From contig CM106585.1 in assembly GCA_048013815.1 (NCBI GenBank), positions 6,510,001 to 6,574,000 of the forward strand: a DNA stretch of 64,000 nt, given 5' to 3'. The notes beneath the pieces are model-generated. The model did no database searches and had not been told where the DNA came from. It saw nothing but the letters and a program-made list of their open reading frames with translations. Every line of letters starts with the position of its first letter. The stretch's first letter is position 1. Below, one piece after another: positions 23,040 through 34,762 of this stretch. The stretch is from Setoptus koraiensis. Its lineage: Eukaryota; Animalia; Arthropoda. The translations under genes were made by a program, and so were the position numbers.

Positions 23040-25952
23040 TCAACCTGCCGTAGAGGTTCCATTCTTAACTGCCACTTGGGGTCTATCAAGAATGACCGGT
23101 TTTAATCTTGTTGAGCTAGCACTTTCATAAGCTCCAGAGTCATCTGAATCGTGGGGTGGTTCTTCTTTGTTCTTGGCAACTAATTCTGTTATTTCGCGCT
23201 CTATTTCAGCAACTTGGTCGTCACCCGGCGAACTATAATGGCGCGAGTGCTTTTTAGAATCAGCATGACGACCGAAAAAACTTTCGTCATCCTCATCATC
23301 AACAACTGGATTGTAGATGCCATCTCTTGAAGGACTGTCTCTACTAGAGGCTGCGTGATTATCGCCTCTGAAACCCTCATATCTTCGCTCGTTGCCCTCC
23401 AAAATGTTGCTCAAATCTTTAGTTGACATGTAATGATTATCAAGATTGTATCGCTCGAAGGCTGCGTTGAATGGGTCTGCCATGTAATCAGATTTTCCCG
23501 AGGCCGAATACATCATCTGGTTGTTTGTATTGGCGTACATGGGAGTCATGATATCATTGGCGGTCTTCATTGGATGACGACTATGTTGAGGCTCCTCTTC
23601 GTTCGGCTCAGCTTGACCATACCGATTGGGTAGCACATTTCTCTCCGAAATAGAGCTGGCAACACCGGCAGGATGATCAGGGTCGTGAGCTAACATGTCG
23701 TCCAGACTACTGAAACTGTTTTTTCTTGATTTAAATTGTTGTAATGTCCTCATCGCATCCGAATTAGGTTTTCTAGCAACTTGTTGTTTCCTATCAGAAG
23801 AGGACGCTTTCAATCGCTTCTTATCCGGATATTCCTCTCGCCGATCTTCCTCGAGGGCCTCTTTCAGACTAGACACAAATGAACCAAAATCGTTTTCAAC
23901 ATCACTTAGATCATTCTTGTCTTGGTGAGCCGGTGAATTTTTTTCATCTGGATGATGCCGCAGGTTAGCGGAATATCTTGATTCGCTCAACTGCTGGTTG
24001 AATGGATGATCTCTATAATAGGGTCTAATATGACTATTTTTTCCATAGTTTTGGTTGTATCTCGCACTATAACCGTCCTCCTGAGCCGACTGAGGTGTTA
24101 TACGATGTCTTGAGTGTGCCGTCTCGTATTTTGGTGGCGGAAGGAAAGAACTGGACGCATGAGATTGCTCTCTATCATGATAGCTGGTCAATTGTTCGTT
24201 TTCGTTGTTTTTGAAATTATTCAAAGCCGAGGCCGCCTTCAGCAATTGATCTTTTGTTGTATACAACCTGAGACTACCCAATACAGCCTCTAAATTATGA
24301 TCCAACATACTTTTTGCGGGATCGTCGTTCAAATTATTTTTGTTTTGGGCAGCTTTATTGTTGGAAGATTCGCCATTCATGTTCATATCGCCAATATAAT
24401 CTGTCAACTGTGCGAGAATATCAGCCATTTGGTTTGTTCTTTGATTATTTTTTTCATTGTTGTTTGCTCGCTGTGAGTCGAAATTCCCCTCGTTATCATT
24501 ATTCGACTGAATGTTTTCGGCTTGAGAGTTGGACAGTGGTGGTCGATCAAAGGAATCACTCAAACTTGTTGGCGACCCATTCAAAGGGTCTGCATCGCTG
24601 TTGATATAATTGGAATGATCCCAGGGAATAATTAGCCGTATTTGATTGGCTGATTGATGCGATCGCTGCTCATTAGGTTGATTGGATGGTTGCGCAGTGT
24701 CGATCGCAAACGATGAGTCCCTATGTGCCTGATCAATTCCAGTTTGGATGTCTGTTGTTCCTTTGTTGCTGCTGGACCCATAATCAGTTTGTAATATCAA
24801 TTTTATACGAGGTTCATCTACAACGATAGCAGGTACACCGGAAGTTGTTGCAGAAACTGTTCTGGGTCTCTCATGATGAAACATTTCAACATTGTCGTCA
24901 GGAGAGGAATTCATTCGAATGGGCTCATTAATTGCTAGTACAAAACTCGATCTGGGTGGCCCATCTCGTTGGGACTGACTAGATGCCTCTAACTGATTGC
25001 TACCAACCAATTCGGAGTTGTCCGTTGCGTATTGTTGCGAAGTATAGGTGTTTTGATGTTGATGTTGTTGCTGCTGGTACTGTTGTTGCTGCTGCTGCTG
25101 TTGATGCTGCTGGTACTGTTGTTGGGGCTGTTGGTGTTGTTGCTGGTCTTTTTGCTGCATCTGCTGTAGCTGTTGTTGTTGGTATTGTTGTTGCTGCTGC
25201 TGATGTTGCTGGTCTTGTTGATGCACCTGCTGTGGATGTTGTTGCTGTTGTTGTTGCTGCTGCTGTTCAACACTATCAACTGATGAGCTACTCGGGTCTG
25301 ACAATTTGCCATTGGTCATAATATACGGTTGTTGTTGGTGCTGCTGCTGCGACTGCTGTTGATAATTACCAAAATTGCTCTGTGTCACAGGCGATTTTTG
25401 ATTTTGGTCTTGGCCAATAGATTGCACATATTCATAAGTTTGTGGTTGTTGCTGATACATTTGGCCAGAATCAAGGGATTCACTTTGTCGTTGAACCATG
25501 GATAGCTGATCATTACCACTGGTAAGTATTGGTGTTATTCCAATTGTCACAGTCTGTAGGTTGTTCCGGTTGTTGAGCACATCATTGCTGTAACTAACCG
25601 AACCAGGATGTGGGTAGGCATTTTGATCTTGGGGCGACACAGCGACGATTTTTGAATCAGATGTCGATATAACATTGGATGGTAGTCCTCTTGAGTTTTG
25701 CTGCTGAATTTGAGGAGGCCTTGCGTTGGTGATTATATGCAACGCCAAACGTTGCTCTTCGGGTACATGGTCCTCTATTGTTGTCTTATCTAGACCGTTG
25801 GCAAATTTCTTTGATAGATCTCGCCTCTCTCCATAAGTCGACAAAACTGAATGTTGAGATAAGTTAACTAGAACTAGGAAAGTAACTAAATGTGTCAAAT
25901 AAAATATATTTAGGCAACATTTGAGAGGAACTAATGGGTTGAAATTGGTCAT
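23040..25952 (-). CDS. Unidentified secreted polyQ/Asn/Ser-rich protein, 970 aa
   Basis: Long ORF with N-terminal hydrophobic signal (LNIFYLTHLVTFLVLVNLSQHSVLS), a polyQ tract and several dibasic sites. Confidence 0.75.
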   Translation of the reverse strand: MTNFNPLVPLKCCLNIFYLTHLVTFLVLVNLSQHSVLSTYGERRDLSKKFANGLDKTTIEDHVPEEQRLALHIITNARPPQIQQQNSRGLPSNVISTSDSKIVAVSPQDQNAYPHPGSVSYSNDVLNNRNNLQTVTIGITPILTSGNDQLSMVQRQSESLDSGQMYQQQPQTYEYVQSIGQDQNQKSPVTQSNFGNYQQQSQQQHQQQPYIMTNGKLSDPSSSSVDSVEQQQQQQQQQHPQQVHQQDQQHQQQQQQYQQQQLQQMQQKDQQQHQQPQQQYQQHQQQQQQQQYQQQQHQHQNTYTSQQYATDNSELVGSNQLEASSQSQRDGPPRSSFVLAINEPIRMNSSPDDNVEMFHHERPRTVSATTSGVPAIVVDEPRIKLILQTDYGSSSNKGTTDIQTGIDQAHRDSSFAIDTAQPSNQPNEQRSHQSANQIRLIIPWDHSNYINSDADPLNGSPTSLSDSFDRPPLSNSQAENIQSNNDNEGNFDSQRANNNEKNNQRTNQMADILAQLTDYIGDMNMNGESSNNKAAQNKNNLNDDPAKSMLDHNLEAVLGSLRLYTTKDQLLKAASALNNFKNNENEQLTSYHDREQSHASSSFLPPPKYETAHSRHRITPQSAQEDGYSARYNQNYGKNSHIRPYYRDHPFNQQLSESRYSANLRHHPDEKNSPAHQDKNDLSDVENDFGSFVSSLKEALEEDRREEYPDKKRLKASSSDRKQQVARKPNSDAMRTLQQFKSRKNSFSSLDDMLAHDPDHPAGVASSISERNVLPNRYGQAEPNEEEPQHSRHPMKTANDIMTPMYANTNNQMMYSASGKSDYMADPFNAAFERYNLDNHYMSTKDLSNILEGNERRYEGFRGDNHAASSRDSPSRDGIYNPVVDDEDDESFFGRHADSKKHSRHYSSPGDDQVAEIEREITELVAKNKEEPPHDSDDSGAYESASSTRLKPVILDRPQVAVKNGTSTAG

Positions 25953-27190
25953 CTTTATTTAATTAGAAATTAACCCTCAGATGAATATTTGATCTTAGTG
26001 AATTTCGATGCACTTGTTGTTCTAGCCTGATTGATGCCTTGATGATGATGTTGTTGTTGTAAAATTACAGAACTCTTCATTTGGTTTAAATTTTCTCGCA
26101 AATCCAACAATGCAAAACTATTCCGTGAGATAGTTAGACGATCTTGTCTGAATAAGATGGAGAGCTCGCTCATTCAGAACTAGGACCATGACTGTCATGT
26201 GAATCTTCTAAAGTAGATTTGATCATCTGCCAAGATTTTCTAAATCACAACAAATAGATTTAATTCCAACTTTTCTAAAGCTAAATGACGCTCATCAGGT
26301 GTTAGCACTAGAATTCTTTTCCTTTCTCTAGCAGATACAAGCCTTGTAACGAAAATACGAATGGCATGTTTGATTCGTCCGAATGAACAATATCATGTTT
26401 CGTATGTTAAGAATCAACAGATGCAGGTCAATATCACTCAAAAGCATCAATCAATTGTAAGTTGGAGTAACAAGATGATGTCTCCCGACTAATTTTGCAA
26501 ACAATTTTTTCTTCATCACAACACACAGACAGATGTCAGTGATTTGATTCAAATCATCATCTGTCAAATAAAAGCCGTATGAGCGTAGACACACCGGAGG
26601 GTGGAATCGATTCACATTCTGTCGTGGAGTTTTTTTCCTCTCTCTCTTCTGTTCTCTCGTCAAATCCTTTTGTTTGCTTATATGGTTAAGCTGTATTCTA
26701 GTTTACTATCACATGCATCTTCCTGTCGGATTTATACTATGTCGCATCTCTGAATATGTACATTTTTTTTTCTCTTGTTCATACGTACTTTGTTATGATC
26801 TTTGTCATGGCAAATTTTTGTGCTCGGGGTAAAAAAGCAAGTCGAACAGGAATAGGAAGTCGTCATGAGCAATCCTACAAGCGTTTGAGTATCGAACACA
26901 TTTCCAAGGATCTTATCACTTTCTTTATTGAAGGATGACCTTTGTGACAAACGCTGAAGGAAAAGGGAAAAAAACAATCAAAGTTACCTGATCATCATGT
27001 TGATCATGTTGTCGTATCTCATTAATGGCCCGGCGTAATCAACATAATGATCAACAACGACGACCCACGGCAATATTATGTAATGAAATGTGAAACAGCC
27101 ATGAGATTATTAAAATGGTGATGATATCCATAAGGCCGAGCCAAGGAGGAGGTGGATTTTTTGGTAGGGAAGATGACAAATTAAATCAGG

Positions 27191-30100
27191 TCAAATCCTA
27201 TGGACACTATCTAGTTTAGTTCTCGAATCCAAGTTCATACATTTACAGTCGCATCCACTGACTGGACATTCGGTGTTCTCATTGAACCAACTTAAAAGGT
27301 GCGCTGAGTGTGCTCCATGTCTACAAGTTTGACACCATGAAAACCAATTAGAGAATGGATTAGTCTTGTTGGCGTTATTATGACTGTTGGCACTACTACT
27401 ATTGTTTTGTGATCGATTCGCCGACTGCGGCTTGTTTGTGACGTTTAAATTGTCCATTTTAGCGGCCATCATGGAGGCTGATGAGAATAATGATGCTGAA
27501 GCCAATTGAGTGGCGTTTGTTGCTGCAGCAGTTGATATGGAAGAGTGAAAATTTCGCTGATCTACGACCACGTTTGAACCTAATTGTGTGAGACATAGAC
27601 AGCATTTAGCGAAGGAACATTTTTTACAATTTGAGCAACTCTTGTTTCTACCGCCAGGACCAGAAGTGGTGGTCGATGAAGAGCCTAGATTACTATTTGT
27701 CTGGGAAGGCAAGGCTAAAGTCATTGTCTGATTAGATTGAGCACTTGGCACGGATGTGTTCGACGCGCTACCGCTGCCAACTAGAGAAGATGACGGTGCT
27801 GTTGTCGTCATCAAATTGGATAAATTTGCTGTGGTGCCACTACTAACGTTCGATTGTACGGGAGTTGATGATATCTGTTGAACAGTCTGACCACTGTAAA
27901 GATCAATTGTGGTGGTAGCTGAGGTAGATATAGGCACAGGTGTGTTAGCACCCATATTAGATTGATTGGCTAACGTTGTTGACCCCGAAGCTGTAGATGA
28001 AGTGGTTGAGCCTGTTGTAGACGATAAAAGTTGTTGTGACGAATGCTGTTGCTGATGTTTGGCTATATTATTTCCACAATAATTGCAACTGATTAGTATG
28101 TGATTGGGAGGCTTGATAAAGCTGGGCGAATTGCTGTACCAGAGGTTATCGAATATAGCTCGCTGATGCCACAATCTCCAACAATCTAGCATACCCCTAT
28201 AACATTCTACCCATAGCTGAGCACGTTCATCGTTGCAGATAACGCTTGGTAATGAATGTAAGATAATCAGGCTAACTGATTGTATATCACTTGATATTTC
28301 TATATAGCGTTGAAGCAAATCTAACCCGTCGTTTGTGATACCGGTGAGCAAAATACCATTTAAATCGCCGCTTGTGACTAGTTTTGACATTGTATTAGAT
28401 AAATATTCGCTCAAACGATCATCTGGCAGATACAACAGTGAAAAAGCTACTCTGTCAGCCAAAATTAAATCTTTGTCATAGATAATTTCATCAAAATCTG
28501 ATTCGCTCTCGCTTGTTAGGAAGGCAAACATTGCTTTCATGTAGGGGTCTTTCAACTGACTCTTCAAAGATTGACACATCTCTCTCCAAACTGAGTTTCT
28601 TTCTCCTGTATAGCCACTGAGTGCCATTGCAACAGAACTTAGATTGGGTTCATTGTGATTGGCGCCAATGGTGAGCGATTCTATAGCTCTTTGTAGTCTC
28701 ATATTAAAAACAGCTATACTAGCTGCTCTCATATAGTTACCCTCTTGTTCTAAATAATCGATTATGGGAATTTGTTGACTAATGTTATCAATGTCAGGTA
28801 TCCAGTCGCACAAGAGAAGGGCCCTACTTCTGAGTCCGCTGTGATAAACTTGTATCTTTACAGGTGCTACCAAGTAAGGAGTGGCTTGAAAGCCAGACCA
28901 GTTGATAGCTCTAACTTCTGCTCTAGATGGACTTAGGTAAGCTCCATCGCGTAACAGTGAACCCACTCCTAGAATTTCATTGCACTGTCTTGATTGAGTT
29001 TGCTGAGAGGGGTGATGTATTTGATGAAGTTGCTTCACTTGTGTCGCTGCGCCTCCGGAATTTGAAGAATCATCTAAGGATTTGGCCAACTTGACCCATC
29101 TAAGTAAACCGATCAGATCAGAATCGTCGCCCCGTTGATGGTGCGGACCTTCTTCAACTATCATTCCGTAATTGGTGATAGCTCTATGACGCATATTAAC
29201 AGATATATCATCTAAAGATTTGTATTTTTCATCTCTTGAGTCTAGACATTGTAGGATCTTTTTACCTTTTGTCCAAACTATTTCACAGATTGGAGACCAA
29301 TTCAAGGTTATTCTATCACAGATTGTTAATGCTCGAACATCGCGACTATTCGATATAGCAATCATTCTGAGTTCATCATTTGCATGCCAATCATATGAGG
29401 TCAGCTGTTGATATCCAGAGTTATGGCTAGTCACGAACGGATGTATCAATCTGTCGACAATTTTTGCCTCAAAATCATCCGAGAAAAGAGATGCTTGTTG
29501 AATGTCGTATATCTTGACACAGTCGTCGCCAAACATGAGCGCCGAAAATGAGTGATTCCTAGTTGGACACCAGCTTGTTTGCGAAATTGGTTTAGATTCA
29601 ACAATAGTAACAAGAGGTTTCTCCAAGAATCTCGTATCCCAAATTAGTATCTGATTGTCAACATAAGAGGCCAACCTTTTGTCTGAGAAGGTGTCAACTG
29701 TCAATCCATATACGGCACGCGTATTTGTTGTGAGTTTCGGTTTAGTTAGATCACGCAAATCAAAAACACGCAATTGCTTATTGTTTGCACCGCAAACAAT
29801 GGACTGCTCCTTCCTGAGCCATCTCAAGGAATTAATTGAATCACCTGGACATGTTTCAAAAACGGGACGATTATTGGGTGACATTGAGAAATGAAAAGAA
29901 TATTTTCCTGTATCAATAATGCGATTGATATCCCAAATCTGCAATGAGTTGTCCACTCTGAATTTGTCCCATCCAGTGGCTAACAGGCTACTATTAACGA
30001 GGCTCCAATCAACATCGTTACAGATGCTTCGTTTTGCTATTAGGTCTATGTAAATAGAATTGTCTATGGAGTAGTTGGCTGCCGGACGAAGACAAACTAG

Positions 30101-30415
30101 GACTATTTTTCCGACATTAGGCCCGCCGCCGCATGAAATAGCGACGAGGCTCTCGTCATCCGACACTGGTCCCGGATAACATGATGCCGCCTTGAAATAT
30201 GGTATCTCTGGTCCAGTTGCAATGAGCTTCGAATTGGGATAATCCGTTTGATATTGTTTATTTTTAGAATTGAACTGTTGATTAGTGTTCGTTTGTTGTT
30301 GCGTTAGTAGTGGCGAGGCATTTTGTGTCAATTCGAACAGCTTGACATCCGAGCTGATGGCAATATATTTATTTTTGTGGTTCTTGGACCAAATAACAAC
30401 ATGCTGATAGGCCAT
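27191..30415 (-). CDS. MIOS: GATOR2 subunit MIOS (WD40 plus C-terminal Zn fingers), intronless
   Basis: WD40 region, LSSVAMALSGY, LKDPYMKAMFAFL, DRVAFS, PFSNWFSWCQTCRHGAHSAHLLSWF...CPVSGCDCKC. Confidence 0.96.
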   Translation of the reverse strand: MAYQHVVIWSKNHKNKYIAISSDVKLFELTQNASPLLTQQQTNTNQQFNSKNKQYQTDYPNSKLIATGPEIPYFKAASCYPGPVSDDESLVAISCGGGPNVGKIVLVCLRPAANYSIDNSIYIDLIAKRSICNDVDWSLVNSSLLATGWDKFRVDNSLQIWDINRIIDTGKYSFHFSMSPNNRPVFETCPGDSINSLRWLRKEQSIVCGANNKQLRVFDLRDLTKPKLTTNTRAVYGLTVDTFSDKRLASYVDNQILIWDTRFLEKPLVTIVESKPISQTSWCPTRNHSFSALMFGDDCVKIYDIQQASLFSDDFEAKIVDRLIHPFVTSHNSGYQQLTSYDWHANDELRMIAISNSRDVRALTICDRITLNWSPICEIVWTKGKKILQCLDSRDEKYKSLDDISVNMRHRAITNYGMIVEEGPHHQRGDDSDLIGLLRWVKLAKSLDDSSNSGGAATQVKQLHQIHHPSQQTQSRQCNEILGVGSLLRDGAYLSPSRAEVRAINWSGFQATPYLVAPVKIQVYHSGLRSRALLLCDWIPDIDNISQQIPIIDYLEQEGNYMRAASIAVFNMRLQRAIESLTIGANHNEPNLSSVAMALSGYTGERNSVWREMCQSLKSQLKDPYMKAMFAFLTSESESDFDEIIYDKDLILADRVAFSLLYLPDDRLSEYLSNTMSKLVTSGDLNGILLTGITNDGLDLLQRYIEISSDIQSVSLIILHSLPSVICNDERAQLWVECYRGMLDCWRLWHQRAIFDNLWYSNSPSFIKPPNHILISCNYCGNNIAKHQQQHSSQQLLSSTTGSTTSSTASGSTTLANQSNMGANTPVPISTSATTTIDLYSGQTVQQISSTPVQSNVSSGTTANLSNLMTTTAPSSSLVGSGSASNTSVPSAQSNQTMTLALPSQTNSNLGSSSTTTSGPGGRNKSCSNCKKCSFAKCCLCLTQLGSNVVVDQRNFHSSISTAAATNATQLASASLFSSASMMAAKMDNLNVTNKPQSANRSQNNSSSANSHNNANKTNPFSNWFSWCQTCRHGAHSAHLLSWFNENTECPVSGCDCKCMNLDSRTKLDSVHRI

Positions 30416-31454
30416 AATGTAAACAAATAGTTAATCGACGGCAATGGCCGTTTAGTTTTTATTGTTCGGTGGGGCACACTGGCTGGCTGGCCGGTAGTAG
30501 ATGCACCATGGCTAATAAATGAAGAGATAAATGGAGGATAAATTGGTGGTCGAATTGTGATCAGAAATGCAACACTTTGCATGTGCTTTAGGCGATCATA
30601 TGGCATGGTGAGACGAAGAAAAAAGCAAAACAAAATAATGGAAAACGGCGCAGTCGCGAGTGTGTGCGCCCAATCAGTTATTTGTGTTCGAATTCGTGTT
30701 ATTGGTGGGTTACATTTCGCATGCAACGACCACCATTGGCAGCGCGTTTCCTCTGCATTTTTTGGTTGTATATTTCTGGACACCTATTGAGAGCGTCTCG
30801 CGAAATGCCCGCCAGCAATGGTATTACCAGCGCTGGCACCAATAGTGACAAACTAATGGCATTGCCACAGGTAACAGTGACATTATTGATCATTCAACAA
30901 AACAAAAGGACGATTTTCAAGAGATTGTGTAACTATGCGCCACTGATTCGCTAGCGGTGGCGCCACCTCGAGTCGTCATCGCACACAATTGGTGGTCAAG
31001 GTGGTGAAAATGTTCCATTGCAAGTGTCTCACTCACAAGTGTTCATACAGTGAGTTACAACGAACTTGTGGAGTCACATGGTTCGTGCATGAGAATTTTA
31101 TACGCTCACGTTTGGTGTCGTTCCAACCACGACCACTCGAACAAAACTCAAGATCGTATCGGAAATTGCAAACAGCCTCGACAGAAACATGGATGACAAA
31201 GCCAATACAAGTCACCAAGTGTGACTGATCCAATTGCGATTAATTTTGCAGAGATGGCACGAGATCTCTTGCGAATTAGGTCTTGTCCTTTGCAGGATAA
31301 AGAGTGCGCTTTGCATAATCAAGTCCGCACATAGAACACGCACTAATTTTCGAAAGTTTCGAATTTGAAGGCGAACAAATCGGCCACAGACAGCCGCAGG
31401 ATGTTTGGCCTTTGGTGCGGTTGCCTGGCAAGGCGCTCGCTCGCACCTCGGGAG

Positions 31455-31465
31455 GCCGCCATTTT
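31455..31465 (+). promoter_or_regulatory. YY1/Pleiohomeotic consensus site GCCGCCATTTT
   Basis: Exact extended YY1 consensus immediately before the tandem repeat. Confidence 0.35.
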
Positions 31466-31466
31466 T

Positions 31467-31634
31467 GGTCGGTTTGTTCGACGTCTTTGGTCGGTTTGTT
31501 CGACGTTTTGGGTCGGTTTGTTCGACGTCTTTGGTCGGTTTGTTCGACGTCTTTGGTCGGTTTGTTCGACGTTTTGGGTCGGTTTGTTCGACGTCTTTGG
31601 TTGGTTTGTTCGACGTCTTTGGTTGGTTTGTTCG
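31467..31634. repeat. 22-bp CpG-rich minisatellite, about 7.6 copies (GGTCGGTTTGTTCGACGTCTTT with variants)
   Basis: Units start at 31467, 31489, 31511, 31533, 31555, 31577, 31599 and 31621; variant order A-B-A-A-B-A-A'-partial. Confidence 0.95.
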
Positions 31635-31876
31635 TCGGTCGGGGCTGTCGTCCACGTGAGTGTGGTTTCGAAGACGGAGCAGTTGCATTCGACGAGAATG
31701 TCGCTGAACTGACAACGTTGTGGCAACGAGGTTGCCTACACCGTGTAGGCTACACGTTCGTTGCGATGTCTATATACACCGTGTATAATGGACTTGTATA
31801 AAATGTAGCGCAAGTAAAGCAGTAGCAGCGGCAGCAGACTGTTACTGGCAGCAATGCGGTAAGGCAACGCCGACAA

Positions 31877-31909
<33 letters not shown>

Positions 31910-32092
31910 GTGCGCGCGTGTGTGCAATCGAACAAACCAGCTAGCGAACATGTGAGTTTGTGCGCTCGAATTGTGTGAAAAAGAACAAACGAGCAAGCGA
32001 ACTATTGATCGAGCTACCGAACAAGCGCAACAGATGAAAATGTTGCCGCTGCAGCAGTGTGTGTGCGCTAGCAGTCATGCTCACATTGGGCT

Positions 32093-32137
<45 letters not shown>

Positions 32138-32245
32138 TAGTGTAGCAGTGTGAATAGAATGAAATGTTTGAATCGTCGCTCGCTTGTCGCGCCGTCTACT
32201 GCTACTCACTGCATTAGTCTCCCTCTCCCTCGCTCGCAAGCATTG

Positions 32246-32288
<43 letters not shown>

Positions 32289-32290
32289 GC
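31877..32290. repeat. Cluster of (TG)n/(CA)n microsatellites upstream of the HSF-like gene
   Basis: Dinucleotide runs at about 31877-31925, 32095-32135 and 32253-32290. Confidence 0.9.
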
Positions 32291-32772
32291 ACACTTGCAC
32301 ATTCTGGCAGTATCAGCAGTGCAGCAATAGAATTTTGCTGCTCGGCTAGCGCTGCCAAAGCGGCCGCTTGGGCTGCTGTTAAAGGCTAGCTAAAGGGAAG
32401 GGGGAAAGGAAACAAACGCACGCACCGAACTGTTTGTATTGCTCGTGCATTACTAGGTTCTTTGCACTACTACAATACAACAACTACACATTCAACAATT
32501 GCTACGACAAATTCTATTCGCTTGGCGTTCGTCACTCGGCACCGTCCTCCGCTTGTAGCTGATAGCTGTAACATAATCGTCGCAGATTTAACATATATTA
32601 TAATTATTCTCTTATTAGTCACCACCATTAAGTTATTATCGTCGTCCTCTAGAGGTACTTGGTGCTGACTCGGTTACAACTATTATCACCACATTACTAC
32701 TATTATTATCGCCGTCCAACCGCTCACAAAGACACAGTGAGAGAGCGAGGGAGATAGAGAGACATTTGTATC

Positions 32773-33574
32773 ATGAAGAAGCAAACGGCCTATAACTCAA
32801 CACCAACGGCAACAACCATTGATCAGCAACAACAACAACAAACGATAAACCATAATCACCCGGCTAAAACCACCATCACAAAACCCATAGATGACTATCC
32901 CATTACACCCAACACCCCGCTAGAGGGCAAGAGGCAATTGTTTCCATTGAAACTGTGGGATCTCGTCAATTTGCCAGAACCATACAATCCCGGTGTCAAA
33001 TGGTCAGACGATGGCACGAAAATAATCGTCGACAGGCAAAGCCTGCAAAATAGCTATCTCAAAAAGGATGATACAATATTCAGGACTAGAAGCGTTGACT
33101 CATTCGTCAGGCAATTGCATTTTTATGGCTTTCGCAAAACCGTTGGACCAAAAGAGTCAGACACTGTTGTTTATTATCGTCACGAATGCTTTCAACGAGA
33201 AAAACCAGATCTATTGCTCAAAATGAAGCGCCAATACAAGTCACGCAGGCCCTCTTGCACGTTACAACAACAAAACAACCATGCCATGCCAATTATGCAG
33301 CAACACCAACCACTATTACAACAACAACAACAACAACAGGGCCCGCAACAAGTACAAAATATTGTACAAAACCCAAATATTATTAAACAACCACTAAACA
33401 TCATTAAAACCGCAAGCACCATGGTGCAACCGCAAATCAACAATATCAACAATATTAACATCAACAACATCAATAACAGCAACAACATGCAAACCACAAT
33501 GCAACACGCCATGCAATCAGCCATGCAACAAGCTATGCAAACAGCCATGCAACAACAATTACAACAACAACAAC

Positions 33575-33605
<31 letters not shown>

Positions 33606-33837
33606 CGCCATCCAGACAACAACCACACAAACAAACACTATGAGAAAGGGCGATGATGAAAAACCCGATGAACCAGTGGTCATCTACACCATTACAGACA
33701 CTAGCAAAGAACCCCTAGATCCCGGTGCTGATGCCTATGCCAAGGCCCTATGGCCCGATCAACTGGTCCTTCTCAATTCTTGGCGAGGCCAATATCATTT
33801 TCTAGAGGCCCATTTTATTTATAACCCAAAGAAATGA
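32773..33837 (+). CDS. Non-canonical HSF-type DNA-binding protein (HSF5/HSFY-like), Q/N-rich tail
   Basis: FPLKLWDLV...WSDDG...FRTRSVDSFVRQLHFYGFRK is an HSF DBD. No HR-A/B heptad region is evident. Confidence 0.88.
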
Positions 33838-34328
33838 AATCTATCTCATGAGTTTATATGTTATATAATTTTGTCACTCTGACACTACATCTATCTATGA
33901 TCGGCTTCAATAATATAAATATATGCGTGTTTACTGTTAGATACAACTTAAGCATCAGGTAGGGCTGTTTGTGTGTCTAGTGTTTATTACTATTGTGTTG
34001 GTCGCTTGCTACTATTGATCTCTTCCGCCATGTTATCATATTCATGTCCATGATACATTATTAATATTACGATTATTATTAACCACTACATCGTGTTGAC
34101 CTCCATTTCCAGTTATAGTGGATGATACATATATAGGTACTTGTGTATTTGTGAATTACGGTTTATTAGGCTTTTGATAGCACTCCCTCTTGTTATCTTT
34201 GCGTTTCAAATAGTTATGTGTTAATTGGCTCAAATAAGTTTTCAACCGTTCCCCCAATTTCTCTCTCACTCGCTCACTCGATTCACTTGTCTCAGATTTG
34301 CGACAGTTTTTCTCCATCATTTGGTCGA

Positions 34329-34762
34329 TCAATGTCCCGCATTATCATGACCCGACTGTTCATCTCGACCCTTGACGAGCTCATATAGTAGACCGCTCAA
34401 ATCTACAACGGCTATGGGTTGGGTAGCTTCAGTCATTCTGTTGTTGCTCATTGGAATACTAGAGAGACCCCTGAAGATTGAATCATAATGACAACCCCAC
34501 GGTCCACAGTTCTGTCTGGCCATTCCATTATCTGTATTCGTGTATGGATTTCTTTTGCCCACCCTAAGGAGAAATTCAAAGATTTATCAACAAAGTATAA
34601 GAGTTTCGTTCGATTTTACGCGGACATTCTAAACTTTTCGTATGCTAACTTACCTTGGTACAAACAACGGCGTTCTAGCCACTACTGCACCACTTTTGTC
34701 TAATGTGGCCTCATTCAGGTAGGTGTATTGTTCTGCATTATTGTCTGCGGGGCTCGCTGATA
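34329..34762 (-). CDS. Pyrokinin-like (FXPRXamide) precursor, exons 34762-34654 and 34563-34329; signal exon uncertain
   Basis: The spliced frame reads ...SGAVVAR-TPLFVPR|VG-KR... across a 90-nt GTAAGT...AG intron. The predicted peptide is TPLFVPRVamide. Confidence 0.72.

Noticed and set aside
31467-31634. CRISPR-like array
   Set aside because: The units are head-to-tail with no unique spacers, the context is eukaryotic, and there are no cas genes.
31212-31801. Overlapping ORFs with repeated peptides
   Set aside because: They are simply stop-free translations of the 22-bp minisatellite.
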